From positions 773,147 to 837,146 of the forward strand of contig JAAOMT010000439.1 of the NCBI GenBank assembly GCA_016748015.1: 64,000 nucleotides of DNA, in the 5' to 3' direction. This DNA comes from Geosiphon pyriformis uo1. Its lineage: Eukaryota; Fungi; Glomeromycota. Shown in pieces: positions 23,616 through 37,607 of the stretch. The first letter of the stretch is position 1. Every line of letters starts with the position of its first letter. The position numbers were made by a program, and so were the translations under genes. The notes beneath the pieces were generated by a model. It saw only the letters and a program-made list of their open reading frames with translations. It was not told where the DNA came from and searched no databases.

Positions 23616-26600
23616 TTAAATATAATAAATTAAAGACCTACCCCTTGTAGAAAATTCAGGTTTTGAGATTAATCGGCTTCTATATCTTGCCGTATCTCGT
23701 ATAGTATCTTGTGTCTCTTCAGATTCAAGGCTTTTTTCACGGATAGGTTGATTTAGGTCACAATTCTCGCGAGCAGCAATAACGGTTCGTTGAAGTTCTT
23801 CTGCACTATCACGACAAGACGGATCATATTGCCAATTTTTTTTAATCATTTCCTGAATACATTGAGGCGTATGCTTTTTGATTATAGGGCGCTGTCCGTC
23901 AATCACATCAAATCGCACGTGAATAGGATCTGTATTATTAAGAGGTCTTTCTCCCGAAATAATTTCACAGGAAATGATGGCAAAGCTGTATATATCACTG
24001 CACTTAGTGTGAGAACCCCCCTTGCAGATCTCGGGTGCGAGATACTCAAGAACACCATAAATATTACTAGACCGTGGAGAGTAATCGGCAGGACGACAAA
24101 ATCCGAGATCAGAAATGACAACTTTTAAGGGATTTTTTTTCAAAATAAGGATATTTCCAGGATGTAGGTCTCCATGCACTAGCCCTGATTCATGTATGAA
24201 TCTTAGGCCACCAGTGATTTGAAAAAGAATATNNNNNNNNNNNNNNNNNNNNNNNNNNNNNNNNNNNNNNNNNNNNNNNNNNNNNNNNNNNNNNNNNNNN
24301 NNNNNNNNNNNNNNNNNNNNNNNNNNNNNNNNNNNNNNNNNNNNNNNNNNNNNNNNNNNNNNNNNNNNNNNNNNNNNNNNNNNNNNNNNNNNNNNNNNNN
24401 NNNNNNNNNNNNNNNNNNNAAATCCATTCCAGGCAGCTTCTACTGCTCTCAGAAATTGACTGTGAATGGTATATATAACTATCAATATTATTATTTTCGC
24501 TATTCCATGTTCCCCGAAGGTTTGAAAATCGTGAAGATTCACAAGATCTACACCAAAGTGGATCTTTTAATCTGCGATAGCATTCTGGACATTTTGGCAA
24601 ACCAGCTTCAAATACATTATTATCATTGTTTTCGCTTTTATCAGTATCACAAAATGCACATATAGGATATCCACTAATGATTGTATACAAGTTACCACAT
24701 TTGAAACACTTAAATTCATCTGAAAGCTGCTCAAAGAAAGCTTCAAAATCTAAGAGCTCTCCTTTAGAATTATCCGGACATTTTAATCCTCGACTTTGAA
24801 ATTGCAAAATGAAACGTTCTAAATTATTTTGATCCTGTAAAGTGAAGTCAAGGGCATTCAACTCAAGAAAATCACTTTGATAACCTAAGTTATTGATCTC
24901 TGCTGCTTTCGAATAGATTTTAAATGCTTTTTCTAAGTTTTTTGTGGTTCCCCATCCATTTTGATAGCACCATCCAAGGTTATATTGTGCATTTTGATTT
25001 CCTGCTTCAGCTGCTTTTAAATAGAATTCAAATGCTCCTTCTTGGTTTCTCGCTGTTCCCCATCCATTTCGATAATAAATTTCAAGATTGTTATGTGGAC
25101 TTGGATTTCCCACGTTTTCGAAATTCTGCTTTGTTCCCGATCCACTATAATACTCAAGTCCAAGCTTGTATTGTGCAATTAAACTTCCCGCCTCTGCTGC
25201 TTTTGAATAGAGTTCAAATGCTTTTTCCTCATTTTTTGTTGTTCCCCATCCCTTTGAATAACAAAGTGCAAGATTAAATTGAGCATTTGTATTTCCTACC
25301 TCTGCTGCTTTTGAATAGAGTTCAAATGCTTTTCCATTATTTCTCGTTGTTCCCCATCCATTTTGGTAACAAACTCCAAGATTAAATTGAGCACTTGTAT
25401 CTCCCGCCTTTGCTGCTTTTGAATAGAATTCAAATGCCTTTTCCTCATTTTTCATTGTTCCCCATCCATTTCGATAACAAAATCCAAGGTTATATTGTGC
25501 ATTCGTATGTCCCGCCTCTGCTGCTTTTGAATAGAATTCAAATGCTTTTTCCTTATTTTTCGTCGTCCCCCATCCATTTCGATAGCAAAATCCAAGAGCG
25601 TATTGTGCATTTGTATGTCCCACCTCTGCTGCTTTTGAATAGAGTTCGAATGCTTTTTCTTCATTCTTCCTTGTTCCTAATCCATTTAAATAACAATCTC
25701 CAAGTTTAAATTGTGCATTTGTATGTCCCACCTCTGCTGCTTTTGAATAGAGTTCGACTGCTTTTTCATCATTTTTCGTTGTTCCCCATCCATTTCTATA
25801 ACAAAATCCAAGAGCGTATTGTGCATTTGCATGTCCCACCTCTGCTGCTCTTGAATAGAGTTCGAATGCTTTTTCTTCATTCTTTGTTGTTCCTAATCCA
25901 TTTAAATAACAATCTCCAAGTTTAAATTGTGCATTTGTATGTCCCACCTCTGCTGCTTTTGAATAAAGTTCAAATGCTTTTTCATCATTTTTCGTTGTTC
26001 CCCATCCATTTCTATAACAAACCCCAAGAACGTATTGTGCATTCGTATCTCCCTCCTCTGCCGCTTTTGAATAGAGTTCAAATGCTCTTTCATCATTTTT
26101 CATTGTTCCACATCCATTTCCATAACAAAGTGCAAGATTAAATTTTGCTTTTGTATCTCCCGCCTCTGCTGCTTTTGAATAGAGTTCAAATGCTCTTTCA
26201 TCATTTCTCGTTGTCCCCCTTCCATTTTCATAACACCATCCAAGATTCAATTGTGCAATTGTATTACTCGCTTCTGCTGCTTTTGAATAATTTTCAAAAG
26301 CTTTTTCTTCATTCTTCGTTGTTCCTAATCCATTTAAATAACAATCTCCAAGATTCAATTGGGCACTTGTATGTCCTGCCTTTGCTGCTTTTGAATAAAG
26401 TTCAAATGCTTTTCCATTATTTCTCGTTGTTCCCCATCCATTTTGGTAACAAACTCCAAGATTAAATTGTGCATTTGTATCTCCCGCCTCTGCTGCTTTT
26501 GAATAGAGTTCAAATGCTCTTTCATCATTTCTCGTTGTCCCCCTTCCATTTTCATAACACCATCCAAGATTCAATTGTGCAATTGTATTACTCGCTTCTG

Positions 26601-27354
26601 CTGCTTTTGAATAATTTTCAAAAGCTTTTTCTTCATTCTTCATTGTTCCTAATCCATTTAAATAACAATCTCCAAGATTCAATTGGGCACTTGTATGTCC
26701 TGCCTTTGCTGCTTTTGAATAAAGTTCAAATGCTTTTTCATCATTTCTCGTTGTTCCCCATCCACTTTGGAAACAAACGCCAAGATTAAATTGTGCATTT
26801 TTATGTCCCGCCTCTGCTGCTTTTGAATAGAATTCAAATGCTTTTCCATTATTTCTCGTTGTTCCCCATCCATTTTGGTAACAAACTCCAAGATTAAATT
26901 GTGCATTTGTATCTCCCGCCTCTGCTGCTTTTGAATAGAGTTTAAATGCTTTTCCTCGATCTTGTGAAGTACCAATTCCATTATTATAACAATCACCTAA
27001 AAAAAATTGTCCAAAAGAATCTTTTGCTTTCGCTGCTTTCTGGAACTCTGAAAATGCTTTTGTCAAATTAGGAATAGTTCCAATCCCATATTCCAAAGAA
27101 AAACCGAGCAAAATATAGTCTATTGAACGCTTTGGACTTTTATTATTCAAGCAATTAAATAAATCTTCAGGCGTTTTCTGATTACGTTCAAGATAATTTT
27201 TCACCAAGTCAGCAACTTTTGAATATTCACTAGCTGGAAAAATGTCCAAACTTTCTTTGATGATAATAAATGCTCCTTCAAGCCATTCAAGAGCTGCTGT
27301 TTCATTTTGTTTTGATGAATTTGAAGAAATGGTTTCCCAGCAACACAAATGCAT
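23616..27354 (-). CDS. Sel1-repeat (~21 units) + Cys-motif linker + C-terminal TKL-type protein kinase; spans an N-gap
   Basis: Long ORF of 36-aa Sel1 units ([33 protein letters not shown]). Then CFKC..CAFC, CPEC..WCRSC, WNSENNNID..LEWI. After the gap: HGDLHPGNIL, SDLG, YGVLEYLAPE, SDIYSF. Confidence 0.92.
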
Positions 27355-30300
27355 TATAAAACTTCAATATTTTGGATGAGTAAAGAAGAAGTTTATTTTA
27401 TTACTATATAACGATTTCAGCGAAATAATTTTATTATATCATATTCCTAAAAAAGTTCTGAAAATAGACTCTTACTTCATCCCTTATTTACAACGTTTAA
27501 ACAATTAGAGACTCAAAGGAATGCAAAAGGCTAAAAATGCTTGTCATTGTCTTATTGGCATTTTTAACTTAATTGAAAATCTAACAGTTTAGCTCATTGG
27601 TAAATTTCTTTTATGATATTTTTTCGTCTCACAATCTAATTGCATAATCTAACTCTAAGGTTGCAGATTTCAGCGAGTCGATAAATCCATTATTATTTAA
27701 AAACTGCTTTGTTGTCTATTTTGAGGGCTTTTACGTCAATTTACAGTTGAGTATTCATGCTCATGCGCGCATATCTACCAATCAACATATTGATAAAAAA
27801 AACCCCCCAAAGATTTTGAAACATCGAACTCTATGAAGTTTAAAAAATACCTGTATAATTAAATTTCAATTTTATATATTTCATTATTTAATATATCAAT
27901 TTATACAGATAGTGTTTTTAATAGATTAACCTGTAGCAAATCTGGAATGAAAAACAGACTAATTTACGAATGATTTAATTGGTTATTTTTAGTATATGTG
28001 GTAGTTAAAAATGTAAAAAGCTTATAGTTTGTTTAATATAGCAGCTTATTTAGATTTTAATAAAATGTAAATCGAAATGAAAAAATTATGCTTAATAATA
28101 TTATGTATGAAATACATTAAAAAAATACTTTTATCATACTGTATTTGAGAAAACCGAACAAAATTATAAAAATTGTATACTAGAAGATCTAATGTATATT
28201 AAAATTTCTGAATATTTTAAAAAATTTATAGTGAATAGACAGGAATTAGTAAAGTAGACGGTAAATTATTTATTATTTTGAAATTCTTTTTTAATATTTC
28301 AACAGTTTTTTTTTACTAAAAAAATTTTAATTATTATTAATTAAACCAAATTATAGCTACATTATGTTTACAATTGTTGAAACTTCTTTTTTCTTAGATC
28401 AATTATATCAATTTAAACAAATATTACTTAGTAAGCAAATAAGATTTATTTTTTTTTAAATATTGAAAGGAATAATAACTTTTATAAATTAAAGTCTTTG
28501 GAAAATAATTTCATATGTTAAGCTGGAACAAGTTTTGAAAAGACTATTTATTAAATATTTATTAAATTGATTTATAAATATTTTTTATAAAAGCGACCAT
28601 TTCAATTTATATGCTTTAATTTAAACCTTTTTCAATAACTTTAAACTATAATATTTTTAGCTGAAGAACATTTAAATATTTTAAACTTTAATTCAAAAAG
28701 AAAATTTGAAAACAAGTTGCAACATTTCAATAATTTTAAATTTCTAAAAACTAACTTTAGTCTAAATAAATTTAGGGTTCTAAAACTATTGCATTAGTTT
28801 TGACAATAAAAATTTATATTGATTTGGAATTTAGAAAAAAAAATTGATTAATATAATGGTTGAAAAGTTGTACAGCTTAAATGATAAAAAATATATTTTT
28901 AGTTACTGATCAAAAAGATAAAGTGAACAATTTAGCATTAAAAATATTAACTAATGAAAATATTAGTGCACTGAATACTTTTCTTATCTATATATTTCCA
29001 TTATTCACAGTTTTTTAACAAAATCCAGAATAAACTATTATTTTTAGAAAGTGTCAAGTTCATCGATCCGATTAATATCTTTATGAAAGGAAAAAAGAAT
29101 CTAAAAAATATAATTTAAGAAAAAAGCAGATTTCAAATTCTTCTTTGGTATTCTTAGAGATCACAAAATAATATAAATTAAAACTCCATAATGTTTGAAC
29201 TAATCATACCCTTTGAGGGGTGTGAAAATTGAATAGAAAAGCTATTCATTTTTTATATCATCTTGTAAAGTATAAAAACTTGTAATGCTCCTTTCACCAG
29301 ATAGAAAGAATAATTAAAGTGGTAAGGCTTATTAATCAAGATATCCTTAAAAACGGATTTATTTTTTATTCGATATTTATTAAAGTTTAAACAATTATTC
29401 TTATACATATTCATCTATTATATCTACTATTATTATTACAATTATTTAGCTTTATAGTGCTTTCTGAGACAAATAATAAAAATTTTGAAACTTCAAAAAA
29501 CCCAACCTAATAAATCTAATCAAGTCTAAACAATTATTCAAAGTATTGCTCTTAAACTAAATTGATTTAGTAATATCAAAAATTATCCATCAATTTACAT
29601 TTATGAATTTTATTGAGAAATTTAAATAAATAAAATAAGTAAATAATTTTTTTTGAAAAATTAGAAATGAAAAACACAATTAAAACTGCTCATTATCAAT
29701 CCAAATTAAAAAAAAAATACAATATTTTTAATGTAACTTATCATAAGACTACTCTAATTATCTGAGATTTCATTTTTAAACAATGAAAAAGAATATATTT
29801 GAAAAGAATTTAGTGGTCCTACATACTGAAACCACTTGTGGTTTTATTATTATTACTGTCTGCCAGATATCTTTTATTAAATGAAGATGTTCCCAAACCT
29901 TATTTCATAGTAATATTTGTGATACCATTGTTAAATTGTGTTTAGTAACAGTTGAAATGCTGTCTTATTAGAAAATAAGTTTTATCGAATTGACATTAAG
30001 ATGAGATTTGACTCATTCAATACGTTTTCGTTTTGAACTTTTGCAAATTGTGTTATATGAAATATCTACTCACCACCACCTCTGTATCTAGTTTAGTGAG
30101 AAGTTTTTGGAGAGGCAAGAATTTTTTATTAACATATTGACCTAAATGTGCCGTAATCTTTTTGCGATGACCGTTACCCCTTTGTACTCAGTTTTTCCTG
30201 TTTTTTCCGAATTTTTAATATTTTATTGCATAATTGACACAGAATTCCCAAGTAATTCTGTAGTAACTTTTTCGCCTGTTGATCATCAAGTTTTTTTTTG

Positions 30301-30421
30301 TCACATACTTTATTTTAAACAATTGATTATAGATACATTAATTAAAGGTATTTGAATAGGTTAAGTTTGAAAATATTTTTTAGACTTGGTCAAATATTTT
30401 TTTATTATTTGCGTTGATTAG

Positions 30422-30422
30422 C

Positions 30423-30465
<43 letters not shown>
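30422..30465. repeat. (AAT)n microsatellite
   Basis: Direct reading. Confidence 0.95.
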
Positions 30466-31706
30466 TAGTTTTTAAATCTAAATAAACAACAAAAAATAAA
30501 ACAAAGAACATTCAGTTATCAGAATGAACACAAAAAACCGCAGCAAAATAATATAAAGCTGTTATTTTATTTTTTTTAAAAATTTATTGATAAAACAAAG
30601 AAATTTGAAATGGATCATTATCTTTTTCTCTCGAATTCTCACGTTAAAAATAATACTATAAACTTTAAATTATAATATTATACTGTTTATTATTTATGGT
30701 TACTGATAAATGTAAATGCAAAAATAACTCAATTATAAAGTAAAAAAATAATATGGAAAAAGGAAATTTAAGCTTACAATATAATCTACAATTTGTATAA
30801 AAAAAAAAATTAGGAGACCAAAGCAGCAGAAGATATAGTAACTAAAGATTTCTCAAAATAAATTAAATTCTATAATATCAAGTAGCGAAAGAAGACGATT
30901 CGGATACGCTACAAAACTTATAAACCATTTTGTTGAGCTAAACTTTATTTATAAAAAGAATTAATATTCTTTAGTGTGTTGATTTGTTTACTTTTATAAT
31001 AAACTAGATCTTATTCTAAACTTAATTAATCATTTACTGAAATTCATGTCAATTAAAAATCAATAAAAGTCAGTTATTTTTATTTGTTCATTGACACCAA
31101 ATTTTGATAATGATATAAAAATTTTCAGGAATACTAATCAAAGTGTAATCTAATATAAAAAATTATGAAGCTAAATATAAAAAATAAATTGCTTTATTTT
31201 ATTTTTAAAGAAATTTGGTATTGCAAATATCATTACATCCTCAAAAATTGTATCAAAATTTAAAAGGCTGTTCGATCAAAAGAAAATTATAACATATTTC
31301 AGAGAAATGTCGGCTATTGTATTCGGATTTTTATTTTAGCAAAAACTTAAACTAAAATGCTTAAAGTTTATTTTGAAAACAAAAGTAATGTAATCAGTTA
31401 TCTTTGATGATTATTATTAATATTTGCTTTTAAAAAAGAAAAATATTTTAGATAAATTCTATATTTTATAGCTGCAACTATATACAATATAAAGGTTATG
31501 ATGATGTGCCCGAATTACAAATTTCCCCCAATTGATCATTGGGATACGTAGTTTCGTGCCTCAAATCAAAATAACACCACATATCAAGTTAAGTTTGCAT
31601 CATCGGATCTCTTCATTAAAACACCGGGACTGTATAAAGTCACTTTTCAAACTTTGATATTTGCAAATACTCCACTTAACCATCTAAAATTTTTTCATTA
31701 CAAACC

Positions 31707-34700
31707 ATGTATTCAACCACTAATTCAACTTTATCAAAAACCCCAGCGTCACCTATTTCCACCTTTACCCCAATGTCAATTGCCCAATGGATTGAAAAAT
31801 CTATTCATCATGGACAAATCAACTATTTTGAATATAGCAAGTTTCATAACAAAACATATCTAGGCCATGGAGCTTTTGGGAAAGTAGAAAAAGCTAAATA
31901 CACAATAGGTGGTATGAATATAATATTGAAAAAGCTCAAACCAGTTAAAAAAGATGATAAAGCTGAACTAGAAGAATTCATAAAAGAGGTGTGAATAAAA
32001 ACTAAGAATTGCTACATAGTTATACCAATGCAAAATAAAAAAATTATTGAAAACTTAATAGATAAGATTCCTGCACGCAGTTCATTATGTTCCAAATATT
32101 CAGAGATTTTATGGTCTTAGCAAAACTATAGAAGGTATTTATTCTCAAGAATCTATAATATAATTATTTTTGCAAACGCTAACTTTACTATGTGCAAATA
32201 TATTAGATGATACTATAAAGTATATTTTAGTCCTTGAATACGCTAATGGAGGTTCTTTGCGTGACTACCTATAATTAGAGTTTCAGAATATGAGTGGAAT
32301 AGAAAAGCTCCGAATGGCACAGGAATTGGTCAGAGGAATTCAATGTTTGCATGAAAACCAAATCATCCATCGAGATCTTGTAAGTTTTTTTAACATTTAA
32401 ATTATTAAAGGCCTTTTTAATATTAAACTCCATCACTAAATAAATTAGTTTTAGAATTCCTCGAATGTATTAGTGCATAATAAAACTATAAAAATATCCG
32501 ATCTTGGCTTTTCAAAAAATCTTGGGGAAATATTGCGTCTAGCTAATGAAGTTAAAGGCCAGCCTGCTTACATAGAGCCTCAATGTTTCCACGACGAACA
32601 ATTCATTCAAAATGAAAAATCAGATATTTACGCTCTTGGAGTCCTTTTATGGGAATTGACAAGTGGCCGCTTACCGTTTGAGAATGCTATAAAATGGATT
32701 CTTATCCGTAAGAAAATTTGAATTTTAGCCTCATTTTCTAAAAATTCTACTTAAAAATGCTATTTAAAATATTTTTAGCACAAATTGCTGATGGTAGACG
32801 AGAAACTCCAATTGAAAATACACCAATTGAATATATTATTTTGTATGAAGAGTGCTGGGATGAGTTACCTGATGACCGACCTAATATCAACCAAGTGAAT
32901 GAAAAACTTCAGGGAATTCAATGGACCTCGGAACCTGCTTCGGATTTTCTAAATGAAAGCACCTTCTTAGACTCTATGGATTTTATTAACACAAGTATCA
33001 CGGGTCTTGTAGAAGATATTTTAACTATAATAAACAATGGTTTAGATATCTATATACCTCAAGATATATCAAAAATAATTCCTAAACTAGAAAAATATCT
33101 TGGAAATATTAGACGAAGCCCAACGGATCTTTTTGAATCTATAAAAGTGAATCAAACATCATCCAGTTTAGTTTTTTTGCTTGGGTTCTTTTACCGATTC
33201 GGAATTGGGACCGATGTCAACGTTAGGCAGGCTTTCTTAACATATCAGAAAAGCGCTTTTCAAGAAAACCCTTTGGGACAATTATTTCTGGGGCAGTGTT
33301 ATATCGATGGTATCGGCACTGAAAAGAATGATGGAAAAGCCTTCGAATGGTATACAGCAGCAGCGGAAAAAGGAAATTCAACAGCTGAATGTCGACTTGG
33401 ATATTGTTATGATAATGGAAACGGCGTTTCTAAAGATCTAGCAAAGGCTGTCAAATGGTATACAGCAGCAGCGGAAAAAGGAAATTCAAGTGCACAATTT
33501 AACCTTGCAATTTGCTATTTTAATGGGGATGGCGTAATCAAAAATTATGCAAAAGCCGTAAAATTGTATATAGCAGCAGCGGAAAAAGGAAACTCAAACG
33601 CACAATACAATCTTGCAATTTGCTATTATTATGGGGATGGAGTTAGTAAAAATCTTGCCAAAGCAGCGGAATTATATACTAAAGCAGCGGAAGAAGGAAA
33701 CTCGAGCGCACAATATAATCTCGCATATTGCTATTATCATGGGCATGGAGTGGCTGAGGAGCATGGAAAAGCAATAGAATGGTATACCAAAGCAGCGGAA
33801 AGAGGAAATCCAGGTGCACAATATACTCTTGGAATTTGCTATGAAGATGGGGATATAGTAACCAAAGATCTCACAAAAGCAGTTGAATGGTATAGAAAAG
33901 CAGCGATAAAAGGACATTTAGATGCACAATGTAATCTTGGATATTACTATGAATGTGGGATTGGTGTAACCAAAGATCTCACAAAAGCGTTTCAATGGTA
34001 TAGAATAGCAGCGAACAAAGGACATTTAATTGCACAATTTAATCTTGGATTTGGCTATTACAATAAAGATAGAGTGACCAAAGATCTTGCAAAGGCTGTT
34101 GAATGGTATGCCAAAGCAGTAGTAAAAGGACATTTAGTTGTACAATGTAACCTTGAAGTTTGCTATAGAAATACATATGAAATGGCTCAAGATCGCCCAA
34201 ATACAGTCAAATGGTATACTAGAGCAATGAAAAGACCTTTAAGTGCACAATTGAATGATTATAATGTGAGTAATAATATGTATGAAGTAAAAAACGATCT
34301 CATAAGAGCAATTATATGGTATGCCGAAACAGGAAACTTATGCGCACAATATATTCTTGGAATTTGCTATGATAGGGGGATTGAAGTCATCAGAAATCCT
34401 GCACAAGCAGTTGAATGGTATACTGAGGCAGCGGAAAAAGGTCATTTAGATGCACAATATAATCTTGGAAATTGCTATAAAAGTGGCGATGGAGTGAGCA
34501 AAGATCTTGCAAAGGCAGTTAAATGGTATGCTAAAGCTGCCGAAAAAGGACATTTAGGGGCACAATATAATCTTGCTTTTTGCTATTACAATGGAAATGG
34601 GCTAGCTCAAAATCTCCCAAAAGCAGTTGAATGGTATACGAAAGCAGCAGAAAGAGGACATTCAAATGCACAAAATATCCTTGGAATTTGCTTTAAACGA

Positions 34701-36554
34701 GGAAATGGTGTAACAAAGAATTATTCAAAAGCAGTTGAATGGTATACCAAAGCAGCGGAAGGAGGAAATTCAAATGCACAATTTAATCTTGGAAATTGCT
34801 TTAAAACAGGAGATGGAATAACAAAAAATCTCACAAAAGCAGTTGAATGGTATACAAAAGCATCGGAACAAGGAAATTTAGATGCACAATATAATCTTGG
34901 AATTTGCTATAAAACAGGAGAGGGAGTAACCAAAGATCTCGCAAAAGCAGTGGAATGGTATACAAAAGCATCAAATAATCTTGGAAATTGCTATAAAAAC
35001 GGGCATAGAGTAACCAAAAATCTTACAAAAGCAGTTGAATGGTATACAAAATCAGCGGAAAAAGGACATTCAAATGCACAATTTAATCTTGGAACTTGCT
35101 ATTATAATGGAGATGGAGTAACTAAAGATTTTGTAAAGACAGTTAAATGGTATACAAAAGCAGCGGAAAATGGACATTCAGATGCACAATTTAATCTTGG
35201 AAGTTGCTATAAAAATGAGGATGGAGTGACCAAAGATCTCAAGAAGGCAGTTGAATTGTATACTAAAGCAGCGGAAAATGGACATTCAGATGCACAATAT
35301 AAGCTTGGAACTTGCTATAAATATGGGAATGGAGTGACCAAAGATCTTTCAAAGGCAGTTAAATGGTATACAAAATCAGCGGAAAAAGGACATCCAAGTG
35401 CACAATTTAATCTTGGAAGTTGCTATAAAAATGAGGATGGAGTAACCAAAGATCTCAAGAAGGCAGTTGAATGGTATACTAAAGCAGCGGAAAATGGACA
35501 TTTAAATGCACAATATAATCTTGCTTTTTGCTATTATAATGGGGTTGGAGTGACCAAAGATCTTTCAAAGGCAGTTAAATGGTATACAAAATCAGCGGAA
35601 AAAGGACATTTAAAAGCACAATTTAATCTTGGAATTTGCTATTATAATGGAGATGGAGTAATTAAAGATTTTGTAAAGGCAGTTAAATGGTATACAAAAG
35701 CAGCGGAAAATGGACATTCAGATGCGCAAAATAATCTTGGAGTCTGCTATTATAATGGGGATGGAGTGACCAAAGATCTTTCAAAGGCAGTTGAATGGTA
35801 TACAAAATCAGCGGAAAAAGGACATTCAAATGCACAATTTAATCTTGGAACTTGCTATTATAATGGAGATGGAGTAATTAAAGATTTTTTAAAGGCAGTT
35901 AAATGGTATACAAAAGCAGCGGAAAATGGACATTCAGATGCGCAAAATAATCTTGGAGTTTGTTATGAAAATGGGAAAGGAGTAACCAAAAATCTTGCAA
36001 AAGCGGTTGAATGGTATAAAAAAGCAGCGGAAAATGGACATTCAGATGCACAATATAATCTTGGAGTCTGCTATTATAATGGGGATGGAGTGACCAAAGA
36101 TCGCAAGAAGGCATTTGAATGGTATACTAAAGCAGCGGAAAATGGACATTCAGATGCACAAAATAATCTTGGAGTCTGCTATTATAATGGGGATGGAGTG
36201 ACCAAAGATCGCAAGAAGGCAATTGAATGGTATACTAAAACAGCAGAAAATGGACATTCAGATGCACAATATAATCTTGGAGTCTGCTATAAATATGGGA
36301 ATGGAGTGACCAAAGATCTTTCAAAGGCAGTTAAATGGTATACAAAATCAGCGGAAAAAGGACATCCAAGTGCACAATTTAATCTTGGAAGTTGCTATAA
36401 AAATGAGGATGGAGTAACCAAAGATCTCAAGAAGGCAGTTGAATGGTATACTAAAGCAGCGGAAAATGGACATTCAGATGCACAATATAATCTTGCTTTT
36501 TGCTATAAAGATGGGAATGGAGTGACCAAAGATCTTTCAAAGGCAGTTAAATAG
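31707..36554 (+). CDS. N-terminal TKL-type protein kinase + ~32 Sel1 repeats; in-frame TAA in the kinase (possible recent pseudogene)
   Basis: Exons ~31707-31989, 32062-32134, 32208-32379, 32455-32708, 32779-36554. Motifs LGHGAFGKV, ILKKL, EFIKE, VLEYANGGSLRDYL*, IIHRDL|NSSN, SDLG, GQPAYIEP, SDIYALG. TAA at 32272-32274. Terminal TAG sits where other repeats have TGG. Confidence 0.9.
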
Positions 36555-36950
36555 TATACAAAATCAGCGGAAAAAGGACATCCAAGTGCACAATTTAATC
36601 TTGGAACTTGCTATTATAATGGAGACGGAGTAACTAAAGATTTTGTAAAGGCAGTTGAATGGTATACTAAAGCAGCGGAAAATGGACATTTAAATGCACA
36701 ATATATTCTTGCTTTTTGCTATAAATATGGGAATGGAGTGACCAAAGATCTTTCAAAAGCAGTTAAATGGTATACAAAATCAGCGGGAAAAGGACATCCA
36801 AGTACACAATTTAATCTTGAAAGTTTGCTATAAATATGGTTATGGAGTAATTAAAGATCTCGCAAAGGCAGTTGAACGGTATGACGGAGTCGCAGAAAAA
36901 GGTCATTTGAATGCACAATATAAACCTTGGAGTAAGTAGATATCTTGCAA
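36555..36950 (+). pseudogene. Three further Sel1 repeats stranded behind the TGG-to-TAG stop
   Basis: The same frame continues YTKSAEKGHPSAQFNLGTCYYNGDGVTKD... for about 2.5 units before a frameshift near 36825. Confidence 0.85.
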
Positions 36951-37607
36951 TGAAGGTAATTAGTGTCCAAAGCAGTAGAAACAAGAAATATAGATGTCCA
37001 AAATAACTTAAGACTTGATATAGAAAGATATTTTCAATATATAATTAATTAGATGGCTAAATATATTTTTTATACTTTATAATTATACTTATATTCTTGC
37101 ATCTCAAATGCCAGATATTCTTTCATAAGCTCAAATGAACAATTTAAAAGTCTTAAAGCTGTTTGTTTACAATGTGAATTAACTGTTAGTTTTAATTAGA
37201 TATGATAAGAATTACATTCTTTGTTTGGGTATTTTATATCAGTTTGTTATTTTTGAGTAGAAACAAAGGTTTAAACATAAGCAAAAAGTTCATAATCGCT
37301 TACAAATTGACCGGAAGAAAATAGAAGCATATTTGAATATTATAGCAATTGCAAAAAAAAGGACAAAAAGTAGTTTGTAATAAAATTGAACATTTAAGCA
37401 TTATCTTTGAAAAAATAAAAATAATTCAATCAATGTTTTAAAATGTAAAGGATTGTGTAAAAAAAAGTATTTCAAATTAAGAAGATACAATTATTTTTAT
37501 AATTTATATAGTAAGATACAAGAAAATTGAATTTAAATAAAATAAGTAAATAAGTACTTTAATATTTAAAATAGTGACGCGAAATAAATGTCACTTTTTG
37601 TAACAAA

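Noticed and set aside
24924-26996. Many 64-117 aa ORFs overlapping the Sel1 gene (and 33672-33917, 35899-36114)
   Set aside because: Alternative-frame or antisense shadows of the 108-bp repeats.
11418-36554. Stop-codon reassignment (TAG/TAA read as sense) to explain internal stops
   Set aside because: The stops fall at unrelated expected residues (Trp at 36552, probably Gln/Lys elsewhere), and TAA, TAG and TGA all end intact genes here. Ordinary nonsense mutation suffices.
23616-36554. Bacterial contamination or recent HGT because Sel1 repeats are common in bacteria
   Set aside because: Repeats are fused to eukaryotic kinases, one with spliceosomal introns, and base composition matches the surroundings.
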